Source: Octopus sinensis
Lineage: Eukaryota
Direction: 5' to 3'
DNA: 64,000 nucleotides
NCBI RefSeq assembly: GCF_006345805.1
Contig: NC_043009.1
Coordinates: forward strand, 2,232,001 to 2,296,000
Shown: in pieces, positions 42,901-56,702 of the stretch
Numbering within the stretch: the stretch's first letter is position 1
Layout: each line of letters begins with the position of its first letter
Translations under genes and position numbers: made by a program
The notes under the pieces: generated by a model
Told to the model about the DNA's origin: nothing
The model's database searches: none
Seen by the model: only the letters and a program-made list of their open reading frames with translations

Positions 42901-45900
42901 TCTTTACTGCCCACAAGGGGCTAAACATAGAGTGGACAAACAAGGACAGGCAAACGGATAAGGTCGATTGTATCGACTCTAGTACCCAACTGGTACTTGA
43001 TTTATCGACCCCGAAATTACAAAAGGTAAAATCGACCTCGATGGAATTTGAACTCAGAACGTAACGTCAGGCGAAATACCCATTTCTTTACTGCCCACAA
43101 GGGGCTAAACATAGAGTGGACAAACAAGGACAGGCAAACGGATAAGGTCGATTATATCGACTCTAGTACCCAACCGGTACTTAATTTATCGACTCCGAAA
43201 TTACGAAAGGTAAAATCGACCTCGATGGAATTTGAACTCACTCAGAACGTAACGTCAGGCGAAATACCCATTTCTTTACTGCCCACATGGGGCTAAACAT
43301 AGAGTGGACAAACAAGGACAGGCAAACGGATAAGGTCGATTATATCGACTCTAGTACCCAACCGGTACTTAATTTATCGACTCCGAAATTACGAAAGGTA
43401 AAATCGACCTCGATGGAATTTGAACTCAGAACGTAACGTCAGGCGAATACCCATTTCTTTACTGCCCACATGGGGCTAAACATAGAGTGGACAAACAAGG
43501 ACAGGCAAACGGATAAGGTCGATTATATCGACTCTAGTACCCAACCGGTACTTAATTTATCGACTCCGAAATTACGAAAGGTAAAATCGACCTCGATGGA
43601 ATTTGAACTCAGAACGTAACGTCAGGCGAAATACCCATTTCTTTACTGCCCACAAGGGGCTAAACATAGAGTGGACAAACAAGGACAGGCAAACGGATAA
43701 GGTCGATTATATCGACTCTAGTACCCAACCGGTACTTAATTTATCGACCCCGAAATTACAAAAGGTAAAATCGACCTCGATGGAATTTGAACTCAGAACG
43801 TAACGTCAGGCGAAATACCCATTTCTTCACTGCCCACAAGGGGCTAAACATAGAGTGGACAAACAAGGACAGGAAAACGGATAAGGTCGATTATATCGAC
43901 TCTAGTACCCAACCGGTACTTAATTTATCGACTCCGAAATTACGAAAGGTAAAATCGACCTCGATGGAATTTGAACTCAGAACGTAACGTCAGGCGAAAT
44001 ACCCATTTCTTTACTGCCCACAAGGGGCTAAACATAGAGTGGACAAACAAGGACAGGCAAACGGATAAGGTCGATTATATCGACTCTAGTACCCAACCGG
44101 TACTTAATTTATCGACTCCGAAATTACGAAAGGTAAAATCGACCTCGATGGAATTTGAACTCAGAACGTAACGTCAGGCGAAATACCAATTTCTTTACTG
44201 CCCACAAGGGGCTAAACATAGAGTGGACAAACAAGGACAGGCAAACGGATAAGGTCGATTATATCGACTCTAGTACCCAACCGGTACTTAATTTATCGAC
44301 TCCGAAATTACGAAAGGTAAAATCGACCTCGATGGAATTTGAACTCAGAACGTAACGTCAGGCGAAATACCCATTTCTTTACTGCCCACAAGGGGCTAAA
44401 CATAGAGTGGACAAACAAGGACAGGCAAACGGATAAGGTCGATTATATCGACTCTAGTACCCAACCGGTACTTAATTTATCGACTCCGAAATTACAAAAG
44501 GTAAAATCGACGTCGATGGAATTTGAACTCAGAACGTAACGTCAGGCGAAATACCCATTTCTTTACTGCCCTCAAGGGGCTAAACATAGAGTGGACAAAC
44601 AAGGACAGGCAAACGGATAAGGTCGATTGTATCGACTCTAGTACCCAACCGGTACTTGATTTATCGACCCCGAAATTACAAAAGGTAAAATCGACCTCGA
44701 TGGAATTTGAACTCAGAACATAACGTCAGGCGAAATACCCATTTCTTTACTGCCCACAAGGGGCTAAACATAGAGTGGACAAACAAGGACAGGCAAACGG
44801 ATAAGGTCGATTATATCGACTCTAGTACCCAACCGGTACTTAATTTATCGACTCCGAAATTACAAAAGGTAAAATCGATCTCGATGGAATTTGAACTCAG
44901 AACGTAACGTCAGGCGAAATACCCATTTCTTTACTGCCCACAAGGGGCTAAACATAGAGTGGACAAACAAGGACAGGCAAACGGATAAGGTCGATTATAT
45001 CGACTCTAGTACCCAACCGGTACTTAATTTATCGACTCCGAAAGTATAAAAGGTAAAATCCACCTCGATGGAATTTGAACTCAGAACGTAACGTCAGGCG
45101 AAATACCCATTTCTTTACTGCCCACAAGGGGCTAAACATAGAGTGGACAAACAAGGACAGGCAAACGGATAAGGTCGATTATATCAACTCTAGTACCCAA
45201 CCGGTACTTGATTTATCGACCCCGAAATTACAAAAGGTAAAATCGACCTCGATGAAATTTGAACTCAGAACGTAACGTCAGGCGAAATACCCATTTCTTT
45301 ACTGCCCACAAGGGGCTAAACATAGAGTGGACAAACAAGGACAGGCAAACGGATAAGGTCGATTATATCGACTCTAGTACCCAACCGGTACTTAATTTAT
45401 CGACCCCGAAATTACAAAAGGTAAAATCGACCTCGATGGAATTTGAACTCAGAACGTAACGTCAGGCGAAATACCCATTTCTTACTGCCCACAAGGGGCT
45501 AAACATAGAGTGGACAAACAAGGACAGGAAAACGGATAAGGTCGATTATATCGACTCTAGTACCCAACCGGTACTTATTTATCGACTCCGAAATTACGAA
45601 AGGTAAAATCGACCTCGATGGAATTTGAACTCAGAACGTAACGTCAGGCGAAATACCAATTTCTTTACTGCCACAAGGGGCTAAACATAGAGTGGACAAA
45701 CAAGGACAGGCAAACGGATAAGGTCGATTATATCGACTCTAGTACCCAACGGTACTTAATATCGACTCCGAAATTACGAAAGGTAAAATCGACCTCGATG
45801 GAATTTGAACTCAGAACGTAACGTCAGGCGAAATACCCATTTCTTTACTGCCCACAAGGGGCTAAACATAGAGTGGACAAACAAGGACAGGCAAACGGAT

Positions 45901-48900
45901 AAGGTCGATTATATCGACTCTAGTACCAACCGGTACTTAATTTATCGACTCCGAAATTACAAAAGGTAAAATCGACGTCGATGGAATTTGAACTCAAACG
46001 TAACGTCAGGCGAAATACCCATTTCTTTACTGCCCTCAAGGGGCTAAACATAGAGTGGACAAACAAGGACAGGCAAACGGATAAGGTCGATTGTATCGAC
46101 TCTAGTACCCAACCGGTACTTGATTTATCGACCCCGAAATTACAAAAGGTAAAATCGACCTCGATGGAATTTGAACTCAGAACATAACGTCAGGCGAAAT
46201 ACCCATTTCTTTACTGCCCACAAGGGGCTAAACATAGAGTGGGAAACAAGGACAGGCAAACGGATAAGGTCGATTATATCGACTCTAGTACCCAACCGGT
46301 ACTTAATTTATCGACTCCGAAATTAAAAGGTAAAATCGATCTCGATGGAATTTGAACTCAGAACGTAACGTCAGGCGAAATACCCATTTCTTTACTGCCC
46401 ACAAGGGGCTAAACATAGAGTGGACAAACAAGGACAGGCAAACGGATAAGGTCGATTATATCGACTCTAGTACCCAACCGGTACTTAATTTATCGACTCC
46501 GAAAGTATAAAAGGTAAAATCCACCTCGATGGAATTTGAACTCAGAACGTAACGTCAGGCGAAATACCCATTTTTTACTGCCCACAAGGGGCTAAACATA
46601 GAGTGGAAAACAAGGACAGGCAAACGGATAAGGTCGATTATATCAACTCTAGTACCCAACGGTACTTGATTTATCGACCCCGAAATTACAAAAGGTAAAA
46701 TCGACCTCGATGGAATTTGAACTCAGAACGTAACGTCAGGCGAAATACCCATTTCTTTACTGCCCACAAGGGGCTAAACATAGAGTGGACAAACAAGGAC
46801 AGGCAAACGGATAAGGTCGATTATATATCGACTCTAGTACCAACCGGTACTTAATTTATCGACCCCGAAATTACAAAAGGTAAAATCGACCTCGATGGAA
46901 TTTGAACTCAGAACGTAACGTCAGGCGAAATACCCATTTCTTTACTGCCACAAGGGGCTAAACTAGAGTGGACAAACAAGGACAGGAAAACGGATAAGGT
47001 CGATTATATCGACTCTAGTACCCAACCGGTACTTAATTTATCGACTCCGAAATTACGAAAGGTAAAATCGACCTCGATGGAATTTGAACTCAGAACGTAA
47101 CGTCAGGCGAAATACCATTTCTTTACTGCCCACAAGGGGCTAAATATAGAGTGGACAAACAAGGACAGGCAAACGGATAAGGTCGATTATATCGACTCTA
47201 GTACCCAACCGGTACTTATTTATCGACTCCGAAATTACGAAAGGTAAAATCGACCTCGATGAATTTGAACTCAGAACGTAACGTCAGGCGAAATACCAAT
47301 TCTTTACTGCCCACAAGGGGCTAAACATAGAGTGGACAAACAAGGACAGGCAAACGGATAAGGTCGATTATATCGACTCTAGTACCCAACCGGTACTTAA
47401 TTTATCGACTCCGAAATTACGAAAGGTAAAATCGACCTCGATGGAATTTGAACTCAGAACTTAACGTCAGGCGAAATACCCATTTCTTTACTGCCCACAA
47501 GGAGCTAACATAGAGTGGGACAACAAGGACAGGCAAACGGATAAGGTCGATTATATCGACTCTAGTACCCAACCGGTACTTAATTTATCGACTCCGAAAT
47601 TACGAAAGGTAAAATCGACCTCGATGGAATTTGAACTCAGAACTTAACGTCAGGCGAAATACCCATTTCTTTACTGCCCACAAGGAGCTAAACATAGAGT
47701 GGACAAACAAGGACAGGCAAACGGATAAGGTCGATTATATCGACTCTAGTACCCAACCGGTACTTAATTTATCGACTCCGAAATTACGAAAGGTAAAATC
47801 GACCTCGATGGAATTTGAACTCAGAACGTAACGTCAGGCGAAATACCCATTTCTTTACTGCCCACATGGGGCTAAACATAGAGTGGACAAACAAGGACAG
47901 GCAAACGGATAAGGTCGATTATATCGACTCTAGTACCCAACCGGTACTTAATTTATCGACTCCGAAATTACGAAAGGTAAAATCGACCTCGATGGAATTT
48001 GAACTCCGAACGTAACGTTAGGCGAAATACCCATTTCTTTACTGCCCACAAGGGGCTAAACATAGAGTGGACAAACAAGGACAGGCAAACGGATAAGGTC
48101 GATTATATCGACTCTAGTACCCAACCGGTACTTAATTTATCGACTCCGAAATTACAAAAGGTAAAATCGACCTCGATGGAATTTGAACTCAGAACGTAAC
48201 GTCAGGCGAAATACCCATTTCTTTACTGCCCACAAGGGGCTAAACATAGAGTGGACAAACAAGGACAGGCAAACGGATAAGGTCCATTATATCGACTCTA
48301 GTACCCAACCGTACTTAATTTATCGACTCCAAAATTACGAAAGGTAAAATCGACCTCGATGGAATTTGAACTCAGAACGTAACGTCAGGCGAAATACCCA
48401 TTTCTTTACTGCCCACATGGGGCTAAACATAGAGTGGACAAACAGGACAGGCAAACGGATAAGGTCCATTATATCGACTCTAGTACCCAACCGGTACTTA
48501 ATTTATCGACTCCGAAATTATAAAAGGTAAAATCGACCTCGATGGAATTTGAACTCAGAACGTAACGTCAGGCGAAATACCCATTTCTTTACTGCCCACA
48601 AGGGGCTAAACATAGAGTGGACAAACAAGGACAGGCAAACGGATAAGGTCGATTATATCGACTCTAGTACCCAACCGGTACTTAATTTATCGACTCCGAA
48701 ATTATAAAAGGTAAAATCGACCTCGATGGAATTTGAACTCAGAACGTAACGTCAGGCGAAATACCCATTTCTTTACTGCCCACAAGGGGCTAAACATAGA
48801 GTGGACAAACAAGGACAGGCAAACGGATAAGGTCGATTATATCGACTCTAGTACCCAACCGGTACTTAATTTATCGACTCCGAAATTACAAAAGGTAAAA

Positions 48901-51900
48901 TCGACCTCGATGGAATTTGAACTCAGAACGTAACGTCAGGCGAAATACCCATTTCTTTACTGCCCACAAGGGGCTAAACATAGAGTGGACAAACAAGACA
49001 GGCAAACGGATAAGGTCGATTATATCGACTCTAGTACCCAACCGGTACTTAATTTATCGACTCCGAAATTATAAAAGGTAAAATCGACCTCGATGGAATT
49101 TGAACTCAGAACGTAACGTCAGGCGAAATACCCATTTCTTTACTGCCCCAAGGGGCTAAACATAGAGTGGACAAACAAGGACAGGCAAACGGATAAGGTC
49201 GATTATACCGACTCTAGTACCCAACCGGTACTTAATTTATCGACTCCGAAATTACGAAGGTAAAATCGACCTCGATGGAATTTGAACTCAGAACGTAACG
49301 TCAGGCGAAATACCAATTTCTTTACTGCCCACAAGGGGCTAAACATAGAGTGGACAAACAAGGACAGGCAAACGGATAAGGTCGATTATATCGACTCTAG
49401 TACCCAACCGGTACTTAATTTATCGACTCCGAAATTACGAAAGGTAAAATCGACCTCGATGGAATTTGAACTCAGAACGTAACGTCAGGCGAAATACCCA
49501 TTTCTTTACTGCCCACAAGGGGCTAAACATAGAGTGGACAAACAAGGACAGGCAAACGGATAAGGTCGATTATATCGACTCTAGTACCCAACCGGTACTT
49601 AATTTATCGACTCCGAAATTGCGAAAGGTAAAATCGACCTCGATGGAATTTGAACTCAGAACGTAACGTCAGGCGAAATACCCATTTCTTTACTGCCCAC
49701 AGGGGCTAAACATAGAGTGGACAAACAAGGACAGGCAAACGGATAAGGTCGATTATATCGACTCTAGTACCCAACCGGTACTTAATTTATCGACTCCGAA
49801 ATTACGAAAGGTAAAATCGACCTCGATGGAATTTGAACTCAGAACGTAACGTCAGGCGAAATACCCATTTCTTTACTGCCCACATGGGGCTAAACATAGA
49901 GTGGACAAACAAGGACAGACAAACGGATAAGGTCGATTATATCGACTCTAGTACCCAACCGGTACTTAATTTATCGACTCCGAAATTACGAAAGGTAAAA
50001 TCGACCTCGATGGAATTTGAACTCAGAACGTAACGTCAGGCGAAATACCCATTTCTTTACTGCCCACAAGGGGCTAAACATAGAGTGGACAAACAAGGAC
50101 AGGCAAACGGATAAGGTCGATTATATCGACTCTAGTACCCAACCGGTGCTTAATTTATCGACTCCGAAATTACAAAAGGTAAAATCGACCTCGATGGAAT
50201 TTGAACTCAGAACGTAACGTCAGGCGAAATACCCATTTCTTTACTGCCCACAAGGGGCTAAACATAGAGTGGACAAACAAGGACAGGCAAACGGATAAGG
50301 TCGATTATATCGACTCTAGTACCCAACCGGTACTTAATTTATCGACTCCGAAATTACGAAAGGTAAAATCGACCTCGATGGAATTTGAACTCAGAACGTA
50401 ACGTCAGGCGAAATACCCATTTCTTTACTGCCCACATGGGGCTAAACATAGAGTGGACAAACAAGGACAGGCAAACGGATAAGGTCGATTATATCGACTC
50501 TAGTACCCAACCGGTACTTAATTTATCGACTCCGAAATTACGAAAGGTAAAATCGACCTCGATGGAATTTGAACTCAGAACGTAACGTCAGGCGAAATAC
50601 CCAGTTCTTTACTGCCCACAAGGGGCTAACATAGAGTGGACAAACAAGGACAGGCAAACGGATAAGGTCGATTATATCGACTCTAGTACCCAACCGGTAC
50701 TTAATTTATCGACTCCGAAATTATAAAAGGTAAAATCGACCTCGATGGAATTTGAACTCAGAACGTAACGTCAGGCGAGCGAAATACCCATTTCTTTACT
50801 GCCCACAAGGGGCTAAACATAGAGTGGACAAACAAGGACAGGCAAACGGATAAGGTCGATTATATCGACTCTAGTACCCAACCGGTACTTAATTTATCGA
50901 CTCCGAAATTACAAAAGGTAAAATCGACCTCGATGGAATTTGAACTCAGAACGTAACGTCAGGCGAAATACCCATTTCTTACTGCCCACAAGGGGCTAAA
51001 CATAGAGTGGACAAACAAGGACAGGCAAACGGATAAGGTCGATTATATCGACTCTAGTACCCAACCGTACTTAATTTATCGACTCCGAAATTATAAAAGG
51101 TAAAATCGACCTCGATGGAATTTGAACTCAGAACGTAACGTCAGGCGAAATACCCATTTCTTTACTGCCCACAGGGGCTAAACATAGAGTGGACAACAAG
51201 GACAGGCAAACGGATAAGGTCGATTATATCGACTCTAGTACCCAACCGGTACTTATTTATCGACTCCGAAATTATAAAAGGTAAAATCGACCTCGATGGA
51301 ATTTGAACTCAGAACGTAACGTCAGGCGAAATACCCATTTCTTTACTGCCACAAGGGGCTAAACATAGAGTGGACAAACAAGGACAGGCAAAAGGATAAG
51401 GTCGATTATATCGACTCTAGTACCCAACCAACCGTACTTAATTTATCGACCCCGAAATTACAAAAGGTAAAATCGACCTCGATGGAATTTGAACTCAGAA
51501 CGTAACATCAGGCGAAATACCCATTTCTTTACTGCCCACAAGGGGCTAAACATAGAGTGGACAAACAAGGACAGGCAAACGGATAAGGTCGATTATATCG
51601 ACTCTCGTACCCAACCGGTACTAATTTATCGACTCCGAAATTACGAAAGGTAAAATCGACCTCGATGGAATTTGAACTCAGAACGTAACGTCAGGCGAAA
51701 TACCCATTTCTTTACTGCCCACATGGGGCTAAACATAGAGTGGACAAATAAGGACAGGCAAACGGATAAGGTCGATTATATCGACTCTCGTACCCAACCG
51801 GTACTTAATTTATCGACTCCGAAATTACGAAAGGTAAAATCGACCTCGATGGAATTTGAACTCAGAACGTAACGTCAGGCGAAATACCCATTTCTTTACT

Positions 51901-54900
51901 GCCCACATGGGGCTAAACATAGAGTGGACAAATAAGGACAGGCAAACGGATAAGGTCGATTATATCGACTCTAGTACCCAACCGGTACTTAATTTATCGA
52001 CTCCGAAATTACGAAAGGTAAAATCGACCTCGATGGAATTTGAACTCAGAACGTAACGTCAGGCGAAATACCCATTTCTTTACTGCCCACAAGGGGCTAA
52101 ACATAGAGTGGACAAACAAGGACAGGCAAACGGATAAGGTCGATTATATCGACTCTAGTACCCAACCGGTACTTAATTTATCGACTCCGAAATTACAAAA
52201 GGTAAAATCGACCTCGATGGAATTTGAACTCAGAACGTAACGTCAGGCGAAATACCCATTTCTTTACTGCCCACAAGGGGCTAAACATAGAGTGGACAAA
52301 CAAGGACAGGCAAACGGATAAGGTCGATTATATCGACTCTAGTACCCAACCGGTACTTAATTTATCGACTCCAAAATTACGAAAGGTAAAATCGACCTCG
52401 ATGGAATTTGAACTCAGAACGTAACGTCAGGCGAAATACCCATTTCTTTACTGCCCACAAGGGGCTAAACATAGAGTGGACAAACAAGGACAGGCAAACG
52501 GATAAGGTCGATTATATCGACTCTAGTACCCAACCGGTACTTAATTTATCGACTCCGAAATTATAAAAGGTAAAATCGACCTCGATGGAATTTGAACTCA
52601 GAACGTAACGTCAGGCGAAATACCCATTTCTTTACTGCCCACAAGGGGCTAAACATAGAGTGGACAAACAAGGACAGGCAAACGGATAAGGTCGATATAT
52701 CGACTCTAGTACCCAACCGGTACTTAATTTATCGACTCCGAAATTACAAAAGGTAAAATCGACCTCGATGGAATTTGAACTCAGAACGTAACGTCAGGCG
52801 AAATACCCATTTCTTACTGCCCACAAGGGGCTAAACATAGAGTGGACAAACAAGGACAGGCAAACGGATAAGGTCGATTATATCGACTCTAGTACCCAAC
52901 CGGTACTTAATTTATCGACTCCGAAATTATAAAAGGTAAAATCGACCTCGATGGAATTTGAACTCAGAACGTAACGTCAGGCGAAATACCCATTTCTTTA
53001 CTGCCCGCAAGGGGCTAAACATAGAGTGGACAAACAAGGACAGGCAAACGGATAAGGTCGATTATATCGACTCTAGTACCCAACCGGTACTTAATTTATC
53101 GACTCCGAAATTACGAAAGGTAAAATCGACCTCGATGGAATTTGAACTCAGAACGTAACGTCAGGCGAAATACCAATTTCTTTACTGCCCACAAGGGGCT
53201 AAACATAGAGTGGACAAACAAGGACAGGCAAACGGATAAGGTCGATTATATCGACTCTAGTACCCAACCGGTACTTAATTTTTCGACTCCGAAATTACGA
53301 AAGTAAAATCGACCTCGATGGAATTTGAACTCAGAACGTAACGTCAGGCGAAATACCCATTCTTTACTGCCCACAAGGGGCTAAACATAGAGTGGACAAC
53401 AAGGACAGGCAAACGGATAAGGTCGATTATATCGACTCTAGTACCCAACCGGTACTTAATTTATCGACTCCGAAATTACGAAGGTAAAATCGACCTCGAT
53501 GGATTTTGAACTCAGAACGTAACGTCAGGCGAAATACCCATTTCTTTACTGCCCACAAGGGGCTAACATAGAGTGGACAAACAAGGACAGGCAAACGGAT
53601 AAGGTCGATTATATCGACTCTAGTACCCAACCGGTACTTAATTTATCGACTCCGAAATTACAAAAGGTAAAATCGACTTCGATGGAATTTGAACTCAGAA
53701 CGTAACGTCAGGCGAAATACCCATTTCTTTACTGCCCACAAGGGGCTAAACATAGAGTGGACAAACAAGGACAGGCAAACGGATAAGGTCGATTATATCG
53801 ACTCTAGTACCCAACCGGTACTTAATTTATCGACTCCGAAATTATAAAAGGTAAAATCGACTCGATGGAATTTGAACTCAGAACGTAACGTCAGGCGAAA
53901 TACCCATTCTTTACTGCCCACAAGGGGCTAAACATAGAGTGGACAAACAAGGACAGGCAAACGGATAAGGTCGATTATATCGACTCTAGTACCCAACCGT
54001 ACTTACTTTATCGACTCCGATATTATAAAAGGTAAAATCGACCTCGATGGAATTTGAACTCAGAACGTAACGTCAGGCGAAATACCCATTTCTTTACTGC
54101 CCACAAGGGGCTAAACATAGAGTGGACAAACAAGGACAGGCAAACGGATAAGGTCGATTATATCGACTCTAGTACCCAACCGGTACATAATTTATCGACT
54201 CCGAAATTATAAAAGGTAAAATCGACCTCGATGGAATTTGAACTCAGAACGTAACGTCAGGCGAAATACCCATTTCTTTAAAGCCCACAAGGGGCTAAAC
54301 ATAGAGTGGACAAACAAGGACAGGCAAACGGATAAGGTCGATTATATCGACTCTAGTACCCAACCGGTACTTAATTTATCGACTCCGAATTTACAAAAGG
54401 TAAAATCGACCTCGATGGAATTTGAACTCAGAACATAACGTCAGGCGAAATACCCATTTCTTTACTGCCCACAAGGGGCTAAACATAGAGTGGACAAACA
54501 AGGACAGGCAAACGGATAAGGTCGATTATATCGACTCTAGTACCCAACCGGTACTTAATTTATCGACTCTGAAATTATAAAAGGTAAAATCGACCTCGAT
54601 GGAATTTGAACCAGAACGTAACGTCAGGCGAAATACCCATTTCTTTACTGCCCACAAAGGGCTAAACATAGAGTGGACAAACAAGGACAGGCAAACGGAT
54701 AAGGTCGATTATATCGACTCTAGTACCCAACCGGTACTTAATTTATCGACTCCGAAATTACAAAAGGTAAAATCGACGTCGATGGAATTTGAACTCAGAA
54801 CGTAACGTCAGGCGAAATACCCATTTCTTTACTGCCCACAAGGGGCTAAACATAGAGTGGACAAACAGGACAGGCAAACGGATAAGGTCGATTATATCGA

Positions 54901-56702
54901 CTCTAGTACCCACCGGTACTTAATTTATCGACTCCGAAATTACAAAAGGTAAAATCGACGTCGATGGAATTTGAACTCAGAACGTAACGTCAGGCGAAAT
55001 ACCCATTTCTTTACTGCCCACAAGGGGCTAAACATAGAGTGGACAAACAAGGACAGGCAAACGGATAAGGTCGATTATATCGACTCTAGTACCCACCGGT
55101 ACTTAATTTATCGACTCCGAAATTACAAAAGGTAAAATCGACCTCGATGGAATTTGAACTCAGAACGTAACGTCAGGCGAAATACCCATTTCTTTACTGC
55201 CCACAAGGGGCTAAACATAGAGTGGACAAACAAGGACAGGCAAACGGATAAGGTCGATTATATCGACTCTAGTACCCAACCGGTACTTAATTTATCGACT
55301 CCTAAAGGATGAAAGGCAAAGTCGACCTCGGCGGAATTTGAACTCAGAACGTAAACACAGAAGAAATACCTATTTCTTTACTACCCACAAGGGCCTAAAC
55401 ACAGAGAGGACAAACAAGGACAGACAAACGGATTAAGTCGACTATATCGACTCCAGTGCGTAACTGGTACTTATTTAATCGACCCCGAAAGGATGAAAGG
55501 TAAAGTCGACCTCGGCGGAATTTGAACTCAGAACGTAAACACAGAAGAAATACCTATTTCTTTACTACCCACAAGGGGCTAAACACAGAGAGGTTAAACA
55601 AGGACAGACAAACGGATTAAGTCGACTATATCGACTCCAGTGCGTAACTGGTACTTATTTAATCGACCCCGAAAGGATGAAAGGTAAAGTCGACCTCGGC
55701 GGAATTTGAACTCAGAACGTAAACACAGAAGAATACCTATTTCTTTACTACCCACAAGGGGCTAAACACAGAGAGGACAAACAAGGACAGACAAACGGAT
55801 TAAGTCGACTATATCGACTCCAGTGCGTAACTGGTACTTATTTAATCGACCCCGAAAGGATGAAAGGTAAAGTCGACCTCGGCGGAATTTGAACTCAGAA
55901 CGTAAACACAGAAGAAATACCTATTTCTTTACTACCCACAAGGGGCTAAACACAGAGAGGACAAACAAGGACAGACAAACGGATTAAGTCGACTATATCG
56001 ACTCCAGTGCGTAACTGGTACTTATTTAATCGACCCCGAAAGGATGAAAGGTAAAGTCGACCTCGGCGGAATTTGAACTCAGAACGTAAACACAGAAGAA
56101 ATACCTATTTCTTTACTACCCACAAGGGGCTAAACACAGAGAGGACAAACAAGGACAGACAAACGGATTAAGTCGACTATATCGACTCCAGTGCGTAACT
56201 GGTACTTATTTAATCGACCCCGAAAGGATGAAAGGTAAAGTCGACCTCGGCGGAATTTGAACTCAGAACGTAAACACAGAAGAAATACCTATTTCTTTAC
56301 TACCCACAAGGGGCTAAACACAGAGAGGACAAACAAGGACAGACAAACGGATTAAGTCGACTATATCGACTCCAGTGCGTAACTGGTACTTATTTAATCG
56401 ACCCCGAATGGATGAAAGGTAAGTCGACCTCGGCGGAATTTGAACTCAGAACGTAAACACAGAAGAAATACCTATTTCTTTACTACCCACAAGGGGCTAA
56501 ACATAGAGTGGACAACAAGGACAGACAAACGGATTAAGTCGACTATATCGACTCCAGTGCGTACTGGTACTTATTTAATCGACCCCGAAAGGATGAAAGG
56601 TAAAGTCGACCTCGGCGGAATTTGAACTCAGAACGTAACGGCAGACGACATACCGCTAAGCATTTCGCCTGCCGTACCTAACGTTTCTGCCATCTCACCG
56701 CC
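39981..56702 (-). repeat. SINE-derived satellite: ~90 tandem 184-bp units inside one SINE-B envelope
   Basis: 184-bp period (ORF starts 43603, 43787, 43971, 44155...); unit homologous to monomers at 36189 and 59376; head only at about 56640-56702; terminal tail at 39981; block A about 40149-55300 (~82 units) and block B 55372-56640 (7 units). Confidence 0.95.

Noticed and set aside
40064-56625. Dozens of near-identical 66-aa ORFs (MNSERNVRRNTHFF...) suggesting a tandem gene family
   Set aside because: They start at TTG within the 184-bp SINE-derived unit, lie antisense to the SINE, overlap by construction, and are broken by 1-nt indels in many units.
39981-56702. CRISPR-like or ribozyme-containing array
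   Set aside because: No unique spacers; units are contiguous copies. No CTGANGA/GAAA hammerhead core or twister pattern was found by eye on either strand. An Infernal search would be needed to exclude other ribozymes.
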